64,000 bases of DNA from a virus (lineage: Duplodnaviria; Caudoviricetes), in the IMG/VR virus record IMGVR_UViG_2541047088_000004, positions 1,312-65,311 of that record; one strand, written 5' to 3'. Positions 38,348 through 47,848 of the stretch are shown here, one piece after another (the stretch's first letter is position 1; each line of letters starts with the position of its first letter). The position numbers were made by a program, and so were the translations under genes. A model generated the notes under the pieces. That model ran no database searches, was not told the DNA's origin, and saw only the letters and a list, made by a program, of their open reading frames with translations.

Positions 38348-38558
38348 CTAAACACCAAAAGGAATTACATCATCAATAAACAGCTCTCTTTTCGGTTTAG
38401 CCAAACCATTAAACTGCTTGTGAATTTCCCATTGGTCCAGAAGTCCTCCAATGGGCATCAGCCAGACCTCGGCTTCATTTCTTCTTAGCTGTGTTACTCC
38501 ATAATAAATAAGCCGGGCAAACAATTCTTCATCGCTTACCCGACTGACATGTTTTTTG
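38348..38558 (-). other. -1 frameshift extension of the tail assembly chaperone (gpGT-like)
   Basis: Slippery A AAA AAC at 38552-38558 just before the gene stop; the -1 frame is open: HVSRVSDEELFARLIYYGVTQL...DDVIPFGV*. Confidence 0.7.
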
Positions 38559-38937
38559 TGCTGCTCTCCTCCGATTCGATGTACCTTTTGGTTCCCCTGT
38601 ACATTGCTTCCATAATCACTTCTTTATATGCTGTAAGCTCAATAGGTGAGGTCAAAAGTTCTACTTCTTCCTCAGTCAGAAGCTCTCTTCTGTCATTTTT
38701 GTTCTGTAAATTGTGTATAAGCACACCTTGATTTGCCAATAGTGTAATAAGCCAGACTATTTCATCCAATGCCATTTCAAAGCTTTCTGATTTCATAAGT
38801 TTCTCGCCTAAGTTTTCAAGTCCTCCATACCTCTTGGCTATTTCCTTTGTTGCCTTGGTAGTCAGAATAAGTTGATACTCCATACCGCTTATTTCTATTA
38901 GGCTGCTGCGTTCATCCTCCATTTTAACTTCCTCCAT
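38536..38937 (-). CDS. Tail assembly chaperone (gpG-like)
   Basis: Located between the major tail and tape measure genes; LTTKATKEIAKRYGGLENLG motif. Confidence 0.8.
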   Translation of the reverse strand: MEEVKMEDERSSLIEISGMEYQLILTTKATKEIAKRYGGLENLGEKLMKSESFEMALDEIVWLITLLANQGVLIHNLQNKNDRRELLTEEEVELLTSPIELTAYKEVIMEAMYRGTKRYIESEESSTKNMSVG

Positions 38938-38980
38938 TAAAAATACATATATACATATATAATAGTAGTAAATTATTTAG

Positions 38981-39571
38981 TTACGGTGCTTCTGTAAATA
39001 CAGGCTCGTAAACCTTTGTAAACCATGAGCTTATTATTGTCCCGGTAACCCCTGTATCATCCTCACTCACCTCTGCCTTCCATGGATGATTGCCTCTTTC
39101 ATCAAGCTTATTTCTTCTCATTACCGTTCCCTCAATTGTCGGTGTCTGAAAAGAAATGCTATCTCCTTTTGTTTGAAGGTTTGTTGCAGGAATACCGAAT
39201 TTGACTCTAAACAGCCAGAAATACCGGTACTTTCCGTTTGCCTTCTTTGCTCTGAAGCCAATTGCTACAGGTGAACCGCCATCCTCACTGGTGGAGATTA
39301 ATACCTTGTTGTCATCCAGAATCGCACCTGTTAGGTCTTCCGCTGCAGTCATTCCGATATCATCTATTCCAAGGGACAGCTTGCCGCTTTTGAATTCCTT
39401 TACCACCTCAGCCGCACCATCGTCTGCATATAGTACGGCTTCCGCAAGCTCAACGGATAAATCAGCTTTTATTGCTTTTGCCAGTGGTATTGGGATTGCA
39501 TATGTTTCTATACCATCTACATCCTCAGTTATTTTTGAATAGTAAAGCCTATCCAGCCCAATTGTTGCCAT
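38981..39571 (-). CDS. Major tail protein (phi13 family)
   Basis: MATIGLDRLYYSKI...LYADDG...VAIGFRAKK.NGKYRYFWL.RVKF. Confidence 0.9.
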   Translation of the reverse strand: MATIGLDRLYYSKITEDVDGIETYAIPIPLAKAIKADLSVELAEAVLYADDGAAEVVKEFKSGKLSLGIDDIGMTAAEDLTGAILDDNKVLISTSEDGGSPVAIGFRAKKANGKYRYFWLFRVKFGIPATNLQTKGDSISFQTPTIEGTVMRRNKLDERGNHPWKAEVSEDDTGVTGTIISSWFTKVYEPVFTEAP

Positions 39572-39918
39572 TAAATATCCTCCGTAAATAAATTTTCCAC
39601 CGCTACATCTATCGCATAGTGGTGGAATTTTGTTGCTGCTTCATATTCGACGTATCGCCTATCCGTTATAGTGAACTCGGCTGTTATCAATTGCTTTAAT
39701 ATTTTGTCAATTAAATCAAGGTAATTCCCCTTAATATACACAGCCAGCTCCATTTCGTTAATTTCAGCAAGAGGCCTGTCATTTGCAAAAGCAGAGAAGG
39801 TATCTGCTATCGGTATTAACACTATATATTCACTTGCGGTTCTCACTGGATTTTCAACAAGGGTAATAGGAATGTTAAGTAAAGCTAATGCCTTTATTAT
39901 TTGCTGTGAAATACTCAT
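39571..39918 (-). CDS. Tail completion/terminator protein
   Basis: Position in the neck module; YE..TKFHHYAIDV motif. Confidence 0.7.
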   Translation of the reverse strand: MSISQQIIKALALLNIPITLVENPVRTASEYIVLIPIADTFSAFANDRPLAEINEMELAVYIKGNYLDLIDKILKQLITAEFTITDRRYVEYEAATKFHHYAIDVAVENLFTEDI

Positions 39919-40346
39919 AAAGCTTGAACCTCATCCTCCAAAGCCTTTTTCATTTCTTCTATGCAATTCTTTTTTGCTTTGGAGCCGCTTGGTTTTAGCC
40001 AAGGCCTTGCTACCTGATCTGACTTTCCGTGCTCCAGTACTGCCGCTTTCATTGCATTGGATACTCCCTTGGAGTCATTGCCCTCACAACCTACCTTTAT
40101 CCCATAATTACCGTTGCTGTCTACAAAGGGCCGGGTTATTCTCAGGGATTTCAGAAGTTCTCCCTTGGCTTTTGAAGGTATCTTAGTCTCCTTGCCAATT
40201 GATGAAGATAGCTTTTCTTGGGCTGTTAAATATAAGGGCTGTGCTCCCCGTTCTAATACATGTTTTAATACTGTATCGCTCTTGTCAGCCAGATTTGTCA
40301 TTTTATTCAGCATTTCTTCAGGCAGCTTAAAGCTCACTTTGGCCAT
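39915..40346 (-). CDS. HK97 gp10-family neck protein
   Basis: A.VLEHGKS.Q.ARPWLKP motif and position. Confidence 0.8.
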   Translation of the reverse strand: MAKVSFKLPEEMLNKMTNLADKSDTVLKHVLERGAQPLYLTAQEKLSSSIGKETKIPSKAKGELLKSLRITRPFVDSNGNYGIKVGCEGNDSKGVSNAMKAAVLEHGKSDQVARPWLKPSGSKAKKNCIEEMKKALEDEVQAL

Positions 40347-40662
40347 TGGTATAAACCTCCCTTGCTATTATTGTGGTCATTCCAAGTCTGTCATCAGATA
40401 AAATTGAGATAATATCGAAGAGTCTACTGCCGCATCTTATTCGCATAAGTGTGTTTATTCCTGGGATATGTCTTATATATATCTTACTTGTGGCCTCCTC
40501 CACAGTCTGGTCTGAACCAAAATACTCCTTGCTTGATACTGGTGTTATATCTGCCCACACAGTAGCAAATTCCGTAAATGTTTCTTGATTAAAGCCATCC
40601 TCATCAGTCGCATTTATAGGATTTTCTATTGTTATTCTGTAGCGCATTTTACCTAGCTTCAT
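40327..40662 (-). CDS. Head closure (head-tail adaptor) protein
   Basis: GKMRYRITIE...DEDGF....F.TVWA...IYIRH...MRI....FDI.SI. Confidence 0.85.
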   Translation of the reverse strand: MKLGKMRYRITIENPINATDEDGFNQETFTEFATVWADITPVSSKEYFGSDQTVEEATSKIYIRHIPGINTLMRIRCGSRLFDIISILSDDRLGMTTIIAREVYTNGQSEL

Positions 40663-40949
40663 TAAAACACCTCATCACGTACACCAAATAACAGCCCTGC
40701 CAGTGTTTTTATAAGTCCATTGTAATCGGCCTGTTCTCTGTTTTCATATAGATAGGTAACTCCATAAAGCACACCTATTTTAAGGGTTTCAGGAATTTTT
40801 TCTAGTGTATCTACTTTCTTACGTATAATATCCTCGCATAATAATTGTGCCGTATTGATAAGGTTTGCGATGAGAGCATCCTCGCTATCATTATCAAGTC
40901 TTAAATACAGTTTTGCTTCTTCCAATGTTACAAGCATACTCTCACCCAT
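40662..40949 (-). CDS. Head-tail connector protein (gp6-like)
   Basis: VTLEEAKLYLRLD...ED.LI..LI..A...YLYENRE. Confidence 0.88.
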   Translation of the reverse strand: MGESMLVTLEEAKLYLRLDNDSEDALIANLINTAQLLCEDIIRKKVDTLEKIPETLKIGVLYGVTYLYENREQADYNGLIKTLAGLLFGVRDEVF

Positions 40950-41025
40950 TCCTTAGATCCTGTTCTTTTTATTATAAGTTGGCTACGAAGTAGGCAATCT
41001 CATTATGAGTCGGCTACAAAGTGGA

Positions 41026-41247
41026 CTATCTCATTTCTACCATCAGCCCTGCTGTTTTGAGCCTTCCAAGTAGCTGATTGAAATCCGATTTTAATCAGCT
41101 ATTGATGTAGTATTCCGGTCTGCCTGCGCTTGTGCTGGCTTGAGTTCTATTCCGTCGATGATTAGACTGCCCTTGGTGGTTATTTCAAGTGTTCCACCAA
41201 TTATTTTTTTCCCCGCCCGATTCTGTATTGTTTTTTACGTTACTCAT
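41026..41247 (-). pseudogene. Head fibre-like protein, doubly frameshifted
   Basis: Reconstructs to MSNVKNNTESGGEKIIGGTLEI...DLKSDFNQLLGRLKTAGLM only after removing one A in the run at 41204-41210 and adding one T near 41093. Confidence 0.65.
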
Positions 41248-41256
41248 ATTCATCAC

Positions 41257-42462
41257 CTATGCCTTCATTTGAAGCACTTTTATTGCTTCGGGAAGTACAA
41301 GCTTTCCGTCAACTCTTTGCATTGCCTTGAAGCCTACCTGACCTGTTGCTGCGAACAATTCGTTCAACCGTTGAAATGATCTTCCCTGTCTGTCCGCAAT
41401 CCAATAGTAGCTGAAATCCCCAAAGGCAATAGGCTTAGCACCTGCAGAAAGTATAGGTACATAAGCAGATGTCTTTATTGGCTTGTTTAGGATGGTGTCT
41501 GGTGTGTTTGCTGTGATTGAGGGCTGCCATAGGTAGTCACCGCTTCCATTTTTGAGCTTTCTGATTGCCTTTACGGTTGCATCATTCATTACGAATACTG
41601 CATTTTTTCTGTAAGGTGATTTTAAGCTGTAGTAAAGGTCTATAACCTCATCTGCTGTAATTGCAGTTGAGCCTACCGCTGTTACACCCAGCTGTGCACC
41701 TCCTGTTGCATTTAATATTCCTGTTGGCTTACCGACTCCATCGCCTATAACAAAGGCTTCCTCCTCCTTTGCACCTATTCTTCTTGCAAATTCCTTTGCA
41801 ATGTATTTCTCAAGATTAAATACACTGTCATTTAAAAGCTCCTCTGAAACCTTCAGCATTGTAACAAGCTTGTAGGCTCCGATTGAAATAAGTCCGAAGG
41901 AATCATCTGACTCAGGGGCATTTCCTTCCTCCTCTACCCATGAAGCTGTTCCCTTGGAAGCAACAATCGGAATTTTCTTATCTCCCGAGGAAGTGTTCAT
42001 AATATTTGCTATCTGTCTGAATATATTTTCCTCCTCAAGACTTTCAATCAAGGTTCTTTCAAATTCATCAGGTGCAAGAACTCCCCCCTCGGAATCAGTT
42101 CCAACCTGCAAAGCATTATGTACCTCGAAGCTGTTTTTGTTTCTCATCAGCTTCCAGAACGCATCCTTATACTCGTTTGTAGATTTTGGGCTTATTTTAC
42201 TTTTACTTTCCTCAAGGCTTGCATTAGGTAAAGTCCTGATTGCATTTGAGGTTGCCTTTGACAATTCTAAATCGAGCACTGCCTGTCTTTCCAGCCTATC
42301 TATCTCTTTTCCGAGATTTACAACATCAGCTTCCATCCTTTCATACTGCTCAGTATCCTCAGCAGACAACAGTCCGCTCTCGTTTCTTTTAGTGTCTAAA
42401 AAAGCTTTGGTATTTTCCCAAAGCTTGGCTCTTTTCTCTCGCAGTTCCAATATTTTATTCAA
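41257..42462 (-). CDS. Major capsid protein, HK97 family
   Basis: Coiled-coil delta domain; GTDSEGG.LAPDEF, A.WVEE, FGDFSYY.I.DR, RVDGK motifs. Confidence 0.95.
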   Translation of the reverse strand: MNKILELREKRAKLWENTKAFLDTKRNESGLLSAEDTEQYERMEADVVNLGKEIDRLERQAVLDLELSKATSNAIRTLPNASLEESKSKISPKSTNEYKDAFWKLMRNKNSFEVHNALQVGTDSEGGVLAPDEFERTLIESLEEENIFRQIANIMNTSSGDKKIPIVASKGTASWVEEEGNAPESDDSFGLISIGAYKLVTMLKVSEELLNDSVFNLEKYIAKEFARRIGAKEEEAFVIGDGVGKPTGILNATGGAQLGVTAVGSTAITADEVIDLYYSLKSPYRKNAVFVMNDATVKAIRKLKNGSGDYLWQPSITANTPDTILNKPIKTSAYVPILSAGAKPIAFGDFSYYWIADRQGRSFQRLNELFAATGQVGFKAMQRVDGKLVLPEAIKVLQMKA

Positions 42463-42507
42463 TATGTATTCCTCCGTATTAATTAGTAAATTATTTATTG
42501 TGAATTT

Positions 42508-43257
42508 CTAATATTTTAATAGGTCAAGTCTTTTGTTTAGTACCTCATAAGGTGTTCCAACATCTTTTATTATTGTTGACTTGAATTTACTTAAAAGTGA
42601 GTTTGTTATTGCCATGTTACTAAATGTTATGGCTTGGCTTTCTACAGAATCCTTGTTCTGCTCAGAGAACAGTATATTATCTGCAAAGCCCAGTTCTACT
42701 GCTTTCTTTGCATTAAACCAAGTTTCCGAGTCCATGAAGTTTGAAAGCTTTACTCTTGATAGCCCGGTTTTAATTTCATAAGCATTTATAATGCTCTCTT
42801 TAACTTCTGACAGCATAGCAATTGCTTTTTGCATTTCTTCTGTATCTCCAAAAGCCATGGTCATAGGGTTATGAATCATAATAAGGCCTGTGGGAGAAAT
42901 CAGTACTTCTTCACCAGCCATAGCAATTACAGATGCAGCGCTGGCTGCAATACCATCTATCTTTACAGTGACTTTCCCTTTATAGTCCATAAGCATGTTG
43001 TAAATCTGGCTTGCACAAAAAACATCACCACCCGGAGAGTTAATCCAGATGGTGATGTCACCATTTCCATTAAAAAGCTCACTCTTAAATTGTTTTGGTG
43101 TTATTTCATCTCCATACCAAGTTTCTTCTGCTATTGCCCCCTCTAAGTAAAGCGTTCTTGTATCATCCTCGTTCTTCACCCAGTTCCAAAACTTCCTACT
43201 CATTTGCTCCCTCCATTTCATTCTTATTCTTGTTGGCAAAGGCTCCTGCATCAACAA
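42508..43257 (-). CDS. ClpP-like head maturation protease
   Basis: INSPGGDV, DGIAASAASVIAMAG, MIHNP, ETWFNA..AVELGFAD; true start probably MSRKFW at 43203. Confidence 0.92.
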   Translation of the reverse strand: MLMQEPLPTRIRMKWREQMSRKFWNWVKNEDDTRTLYLEGAIAEETWYGDEITPKQFKSELFNGNGDITIWINSPGGDVFCASQIYNMLMDYKGKVTVKIDGIAASAASVIAMAGEEVLISPTGLIMIHNPMTMAFGDTEEMQKAIAMLSEVKESIINAYEIKTGLSRVKLSNFMDSETWFNAKKAVELGFADNILFSEQNKDSVESQAITFSNMAITNSLLSKFKSTIIKDVGTPYEVLNKRLDLLKY

Positions 43258-44476
43258 GCTTTGTCATGTTCCCATTAATCAGATACAAATCCCCTCCTAG
43301 CTCCTCAGAAATTCTATTCATGTTTTCAAGCTCTCTTATATCATTGGCAGATAACCAGCCGTTCTGCCTTCCAACCGCATACCCATTCATTCGGCTCTGG
43401 TAATCACCTCGGAGCAGCCCGTCCACATTAAATTTGACAAAGTACTCTTTCTTCTCGTCTTCACTAAACAGCACTCTTTTTATTGACTGCTCCCAGCGAA
43501 CTACCCATGGATCAAGGGTGTACATTACGAATTCCAGAGACTGCTGCTCTATGTTGGAAAAACTAGACTTCTCAAGGTCACCTATCATATGAGGCGGTAT
43601 TCTGAAAATCCTTGCAATCTCATTGATTTGAAATTTCCGAGTTTCTAAAAACTGTGCCTGCTCTGGTGGAATTCCAATGCTCTGAAACTTCATGCCCTCC
43701 TCTAACACAGCAACCCTGTGGGCATTGGAACTTCCCTGATATACACTGTTCCAACTTTCTCTTACCCTTGCCGGGTCTTTAACCACACCGGGATGCTCAA
43801 GAACACCTCCCGGATTGGCACCGTTTGCAAAGAATTTAGCACCATATTCTTCAGTGGCAATTGCCATACCTATTGCATTCTTAGCCATAGCAATAGGTGA
43901 ATAACCTATGAGTCCATCAAAACCAAGTCCGGGAATGTGCAGAACCTCATAACTTTTTAGGGGATAACTTTGTCCTTCTTTGTTGTATATGTAATAAAGT
44001 TCACCTTTTTCAGTTCTGTCTACGGTCATTTTGTTAGGAAGTAAAGGATACAGGGCTATTACCTTTCCTCTTCCATCCCGGATTATCTGAGCGTATGCAT
44101 TTCCCCATAATAAAAGATGACCCATAAGTGTTTCACGGAACACAAATGAAGTCATCTCGGGATTAGGTTCATCTGCAAGCAGATGATATATTTGATGTTC
44201 TGTTGCTTTTTCCTTACCATGTTGTGTGTAACGATATGTATGCAGTGGTAAAGATGCTATTGTTTCAGCTAGTATTCTGACACAGGCATACACTGCTGTG
44301 GTTTGCATCGCTGTCCGTTCATTTACCGTTTTGCCGCTTGTGGTACTGCCAAAAAAATAGCTGTATGTGCTTCCGGGCAAGCTATTTTTAGGGCCTGCTC
44401 TTGCTTCAAAAAATCTTGATAGTAATGGTAGTTTCATTCTCGTTCCTCCTAAAAATGGGCATAAAAAAGCACCCAT
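43196..44476 (-). CDS. Portal protein, HK97 family
   Basis: VYACVRILAETIASLP, LLLWGNAY, GLIGYSPI, QFLETRKFQI.EIARIF.IPPHM; true start probably MKLPLL at 44438. Confidence 0.95.
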   Translation of the reverse strand: MGAFLCPFLGGTRMKLPLLSRFFEARAGPKNSLPGSTYSYFFGSTTSGKTVNERTAMQTTAVYACVRILAETIASLPLHTYRYTQHGKEKATEHQIYHLLADEPNPEMTSFVFRETLMGHLLLWGNAYAQIIRDGRGKVIALYPLLPNKMTVDRTEKGELYYIYNKEGQSYPLKSYEVLHIPGLGFDGLIGYSPIAMAKNAIGMAIATEEYGAKFFANGANPGGVLEHPGVVKDPARVRESWNSVYQGSSNAHRVAVLEEGMKFQSIGIPPEQAQFLETRKFQINEIARIFRIPPHMIGDLEKSSFSNIEQQSLEFVMYTLDPWVVRWEQSIKRVLFSEDEKKEYFVKFNVDGLLRGDYQSRMNGYAVGRQNGWLSANDIRELENMNRISEELGGDLYLINGNMTKLVDAGAFANKNKNEMEGANE

Positions 44477-44487
44477 ATATGAGTGCT
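44463..44487 (-). terminator. Terminator closing the terL-portal moron
   Basis: AGCAC.../...GTGCT stem followed by TTTTTT on the minus strand. Confidence 0.6.
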
Positions 44488-44728
44488 AAACAATTTATTT
44501 TAGTTGTAGTTTAATTGACGCTTTTTTTAACATTTCAATAGCTTTAGGATCATCTTTATTTATCCTATCAGAATCAATAATATAATTTAGGGATTCTAAA
44601 ACCTTATTATCTCTAGCAATTCTCAGTAGAGCATTAACTCGTACCCTTGTATCCCCATAGTCACTACTCTACCCTGATAGTTAAAAACATCCTTTATAAA
44701 GCAGTTGCATAAATAAGTGGGTATGCTG

Positions 44729-45172
44729 TTAATGCTCCTCTTCAATATATATGGAATCAAGAACAAATCCTAATAATCCTTCGATATGACCTCTTTCTCT
44801 TGAATTGCTTACTCCAATGTATTTAAAGTAACAGTTGTCTTTAATCCACTTTTTGGCTTCTTCATAGTTAGTTATTTGTGGAAATCTCTCATTATCTTCA
44901 ACTAAATATTTTTTCAATCTAGCTGTCGATTTATTACCTTGTAAGTGATTAGTATAAAGCCTTCTTCTTAGTTTTTTAGTCCTACCAACATATAAAGTTT
45001 GATCTGTTGTTTTATCAAAAATTGCATAAACAACTGCTAAGTCATCTTCTAACATACTTGGCAACAAATCACCGAAGTAATACTTCGTAGCATTTTGGAG
45101 TTCGGAACAAACAGTCTCTATTTCTTTAGTCTTTTCATCTGTTAAATATATCAACATTGGCATCCTACTCAT
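44729..45172 (-). CDS. GIY-YIG nuclease-family protein
   Basis: VVYAIF...LYVGRT..LRRRL..NH motif and C-terminal IEGLL glutamate. Confidence 0.75.
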   Translation of the reverse strand: MSRMPMLIYLTDEKTKEIETVCSELQNATKYYFGDLLPSMLEDDLAVVYAIFDKTTDQTLYVGRTKKLRRRLYTNHLQGNKSTARLKKYLVEDNERFPQITNYEEAKKWIKDNCYFKYIGVSNSRERGHIEGLLGFVLDSIYIEEEH

Positions 45173-45229
45173 TGATTTTCCTCCATAATAATAACCTTCA
45201 TGAGCAACTGGTCTAAAGATGTGTTAACC

Positions 45230-45520
45230 TCATTTTCTCAACCAGCTATCATTGAACTTATCTCTAAATTCCTCCATTACATCTTCGAAACGTGTTAACC
45301 CCTCAGCCTTCAAGTGCTTAGAAAATGTAATTGCATTTTCTGTCGCAAGCGCTGACCAAAAATATTGAACCATTTTTTCTGCGCTAAGCCTGCCCATTCT
45401 CCCAACTGTAAGATTAACCCCGCTCTTAATCTTTGCAGGACATTTCTTTGAATCTAGGATAGGATCAAATACCTTGTTGTGAAGATATTGCATAAGTTCT
45501 TGCTCTTTAGTCATATTCAT
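45230..45520 (-). CDS. Hypothetical helical protein (96 aa)
   Basis: GGAGG SD; middle gene of the moron; no family recognised. Confidence 0.7.
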   Translation of the reverse strand: MNMTKEQELMQYLHNKVFDPILDSKKCPAKIKSGVNLTVGRMGRLSAEKMVQYFWSALATENAITFSKHLKAEGLTRFEDVMEEFRDKFNDSWLRK

Positions 45521-45537
45521 GCGCCTCCTTGTTATAG

Positions 45538-46173
45538 CTATTTTTTTAAACGGATTAATTCTGTTGCAGCTTTAAGCCTGCGTTCTGGGTCTGCCGACTT
45601 CAATTCTTCTTCAAGTACAGTCAAAGCGTCACTAAATAAACTGTCTAACCTTTCAGTATTCTCTTTATTCAAAGATAACTGCTTACCGGTAATCTTATCT
45701 AAGCCCGCTTCTTCAATAGAATCTGGGAATTGACATATAGTGTTTCTATTGCTAATTAGTTTTTGGATACTGCTTTCAAGCTTTGTTATAAGTACTCGGT
45801 CTGTCCATTCAACATTTCTTCTATGGCACATACCATCTTCTTCATTGTCATATTGTTGTTCATATTTATATTCTCCCACAGTCCCTATATACACCCAGCC
45901 CTTTTCAGCTATCAGTACAACATCACCAGTTTTCATCGTATTTGAAAAAGTGTTCACTTGCCCTAATGCATTTCCCAACTTATGACCTGTATAACCATAG
46001 GTTTGTTCAAGTCTTTTACGTATTTCATCTGTCGATACTTGGGTCAAATCTCCTATACCCGGCCATCCTATGCAGACAAATTTCTGATCGACAAATTCTC
46101 GAATCCTTTCGATCCCATGTGGCTTTGTTTTCATTTGAAAAATATTCATAATCATACTCCTCTTCCATCGCAT
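45538..46173 (-). CDS. Protein resembling the N-terminal EVE/PUA-like domain of Mrr-type restriction proteins, without a nuclease domain
   Basis: F....V.IGW..IGDL.......Q...F...MK.GD.VL.......Y.G.V..Y.Y......HRR.V.W pattern; helical C-tail; true start ~46149-46155. Confidence 0.6.
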   Translation of the reverse strand: MRWKRSMIMNIFQMKTKPHGIERIREFVDQKFVCIGWPGIGDLTQVSTDEIRKRLEQTYGYTGHKLGNALGQVNTFSNTMKTGDVVLIAEKGWVYIGTVGEYKYEQQYDNEEDGMCHRRNVEWTDRVLITKLESSIQKLISNRNTICQFPDSIEEAGLDKITGKQLSLNKENTERLDSLFSDALTVLEEELKSADPERRLKAATELIRLKK

Positions 46174-46204
46174 CCATCAGGCTTCCTTACGTTTATCTAC
46201 GATT

Positions 46205-46233
46205 AATATATCATAGTAATATTTTCCTGTCAA
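46205..46233 (-). promoter_or_regulatory. Strong sigma-A promoter of the moron cassette
   Basis: TTGACA-17-TATATT. Confidence 0.75.
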
Positions 46234-46241
46234 TAACTTTT

Positions 46242-46273
46242 TTCATGATGAATCCTCATGGTTTCATGATGAA
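46242..46273. promoter_or_regulatory. Tandem palindromic operator TTCAT-G-ATGAA x2
   Basis: Identical 11-mers at 46242-46252 and 46263-46273 (21-bp offset) just upstream of the -35 box. Confidence 0.5.
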
Positions 46274-46303
46274 TTACCACGCAAGGAAGATGTGTAACTT
46301 TTA

Positions 46304-47848
46304 TCATAGTACTAGTATCCCTCTCTCATCATAAACACTACCCTTATTTTCATTCCTTATTGCTCTGTCCAGTGCCATAATAAGCGCGACTGCACCATCT
46401 ATTCGTTCGGTACTCTTTTCTTTATCGGGTTTGATGTTACCCGCCGGGTCAATTTTCACATAGATGTTATCCATCATCCAACGTAGTACAGGATTGCCTC
46501 CGTGAGCCATTCTTTTTTCTAGTGTCAGTTTCATTAATTCCTTGGATGGCGGAGACATGTCCTTGTAGCCTTGTCCGAAGGGAACTACTGTAAAGCCCAT
46601 CCCCTCAAGGTTCTGAACCATTTGGACTGCACCCCAGCGGTCAAAGGCTATTTCTTTTATGTTATATTTTGTTCCTAATTCTTCAATAAATGTTTCAATA
46701 AATCCATAGTGAACAACATTTCCTTCAGTTGTTTTTATATAGCCCTGTTGTTCCCATACATCATATGGCACATGGTCCCGTCTTACTCTTAACTTCAGAT
46801 TATCATCAGGTATCCAGAAGTATGGTAGCACTATGTATTTTTCATCTACTGTTCTTGGGGGAAACACAAGTACAAAGGCTGTAATGTCGGTGGTACTTGA
46901 AAGGTCAAGCCCCGCATAGCACTCCCGACCTCTAAGTGAGTCTATATTTATCTTGAATGCACACTCATCCCATTTATCCATAGGCATCCAGCGGGTAGAC
47001 TGCTTAACCCATTGGTTAAGTCTTAGCTGTCTGAATATATTTTCCTCAGCAGGGTTTTCCTTTGCACTTATGTATGCATTTCTAACCTTCTCAATATCAA
47101 TTGTATGTCCAAGAGAGGGATTGGCCTTGTACCAGTTTTGTTCGCTACCCCAGTCGTCATTTTCTTCTATTCCATATATAACTGGGTAAAAGGTATGATC
47201 AATTTTTCTGCCATCAATAATATCCTGCGCCTTTTGATGTTGTTCATAGCATATGGAATTTCTGTCCGTTCCGGCTGTGGTTATAAGAAAAAACAGCGGT
47301 TGAAGTCTTGCATCACCGCTGCCCTTGGTCATTACATCAAACAGCTCCCTATTTGGCTGACTGTGAAGTTCGTCAAATATAACGGTATGAACATTAAGCC
47401 CATGCTTTGTATATGCCTCCGCCGAAAGTACCTGATAGAAGCTGTTTGTAGGTTTGTACACCAACCGTTTCACTGACATTACAGGTTTTATTCTTTTCTT
47501 TAAAGCCGGGCATTGATCAACCATGTCCACTGCCACGTCAAAGACAATTGCCGCTTGCTGTCTGTCGGAAGCACAGCCGTATACCTCGGCTCCCCATTCC
47601 CCGTCACCACAAGTCATGTATAAGGCAACACCTGCCGCAAGCTCGGATTTACCGTTCTTTTTTGGTATTTCTACATAAGCTGTGTTGTACTGCCGGTATC
47701 CGTTTTCTTTTACTGTTCCAAACACATTTCTGATAATTTTGTCCTGCCAGGAAAGTAAATCAAAGGGTACTCCACGCCACTGACCCTTTGTATGCTTTAA
47801 GCAGTTGATAAAGTTAATTGCATGCTGTGCTTTTGCTTCATCATACAC
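46304..47848 (-). CDS. terL: Terminase large subunit
   Basis: EIPKKNGKSEL Walker A, IFDELH Walker B, AGLDLS...D.TA, RIDG.VA.IMA nuclease motifs. Confidence 0.95.
   Translation of the reverse strand: MYDEAKAQHAINFINCLKHTKGQWRGVPFDLLSWQDKIIRNVFGTVKENGYRQYNTAYVEIPKKNGKSELAAGVALYMTCGDGEWGAEVYGCASDRQQAAIVFDVAVDMVDQCPALKKRIKPVMSVKRLVYKPTNSFYQVLSAEAYTKHGLNVHTVIFDELHSQPNRELFDVMTKGSGDARLQPLFFLITTAGTDRNSICYEQHQKAQDIIDGRKIDHTFYPVIYGIEENDDWGSEQNWYKANPSLGHTIDIEKVRNAYISAKENPAEENIFRQLRLNQWVKQSTRWMPMDKWDECAFKINIDSLRGRECYAGLDLSSTTDITAFVLVFPPRTVDEKYIVLPYFWIPDDNLKLRVRRDHVPYDVWEQQGYIKTTEGNVVHYGFIETFIEELGTKYNIKEIAFDRWGAVQMVQNLEGMGFTVVPFGQGYKDMSPPSKELMKLTLEKRMAHGGNPVLRWMMDNIYVKIDPAGNIKPDKEKSTERIDGAVALIMALDRAIRNENKGSVYDERGILVL

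Noticed and set aside
44497-44660. Possible fourth gene of the defence moron (DTRVRVNALLRIARDNK...)
   Set aside because: The open frame lacks an in-frame start; the nearby ATG frame stops after 11 codons; at most a remnant
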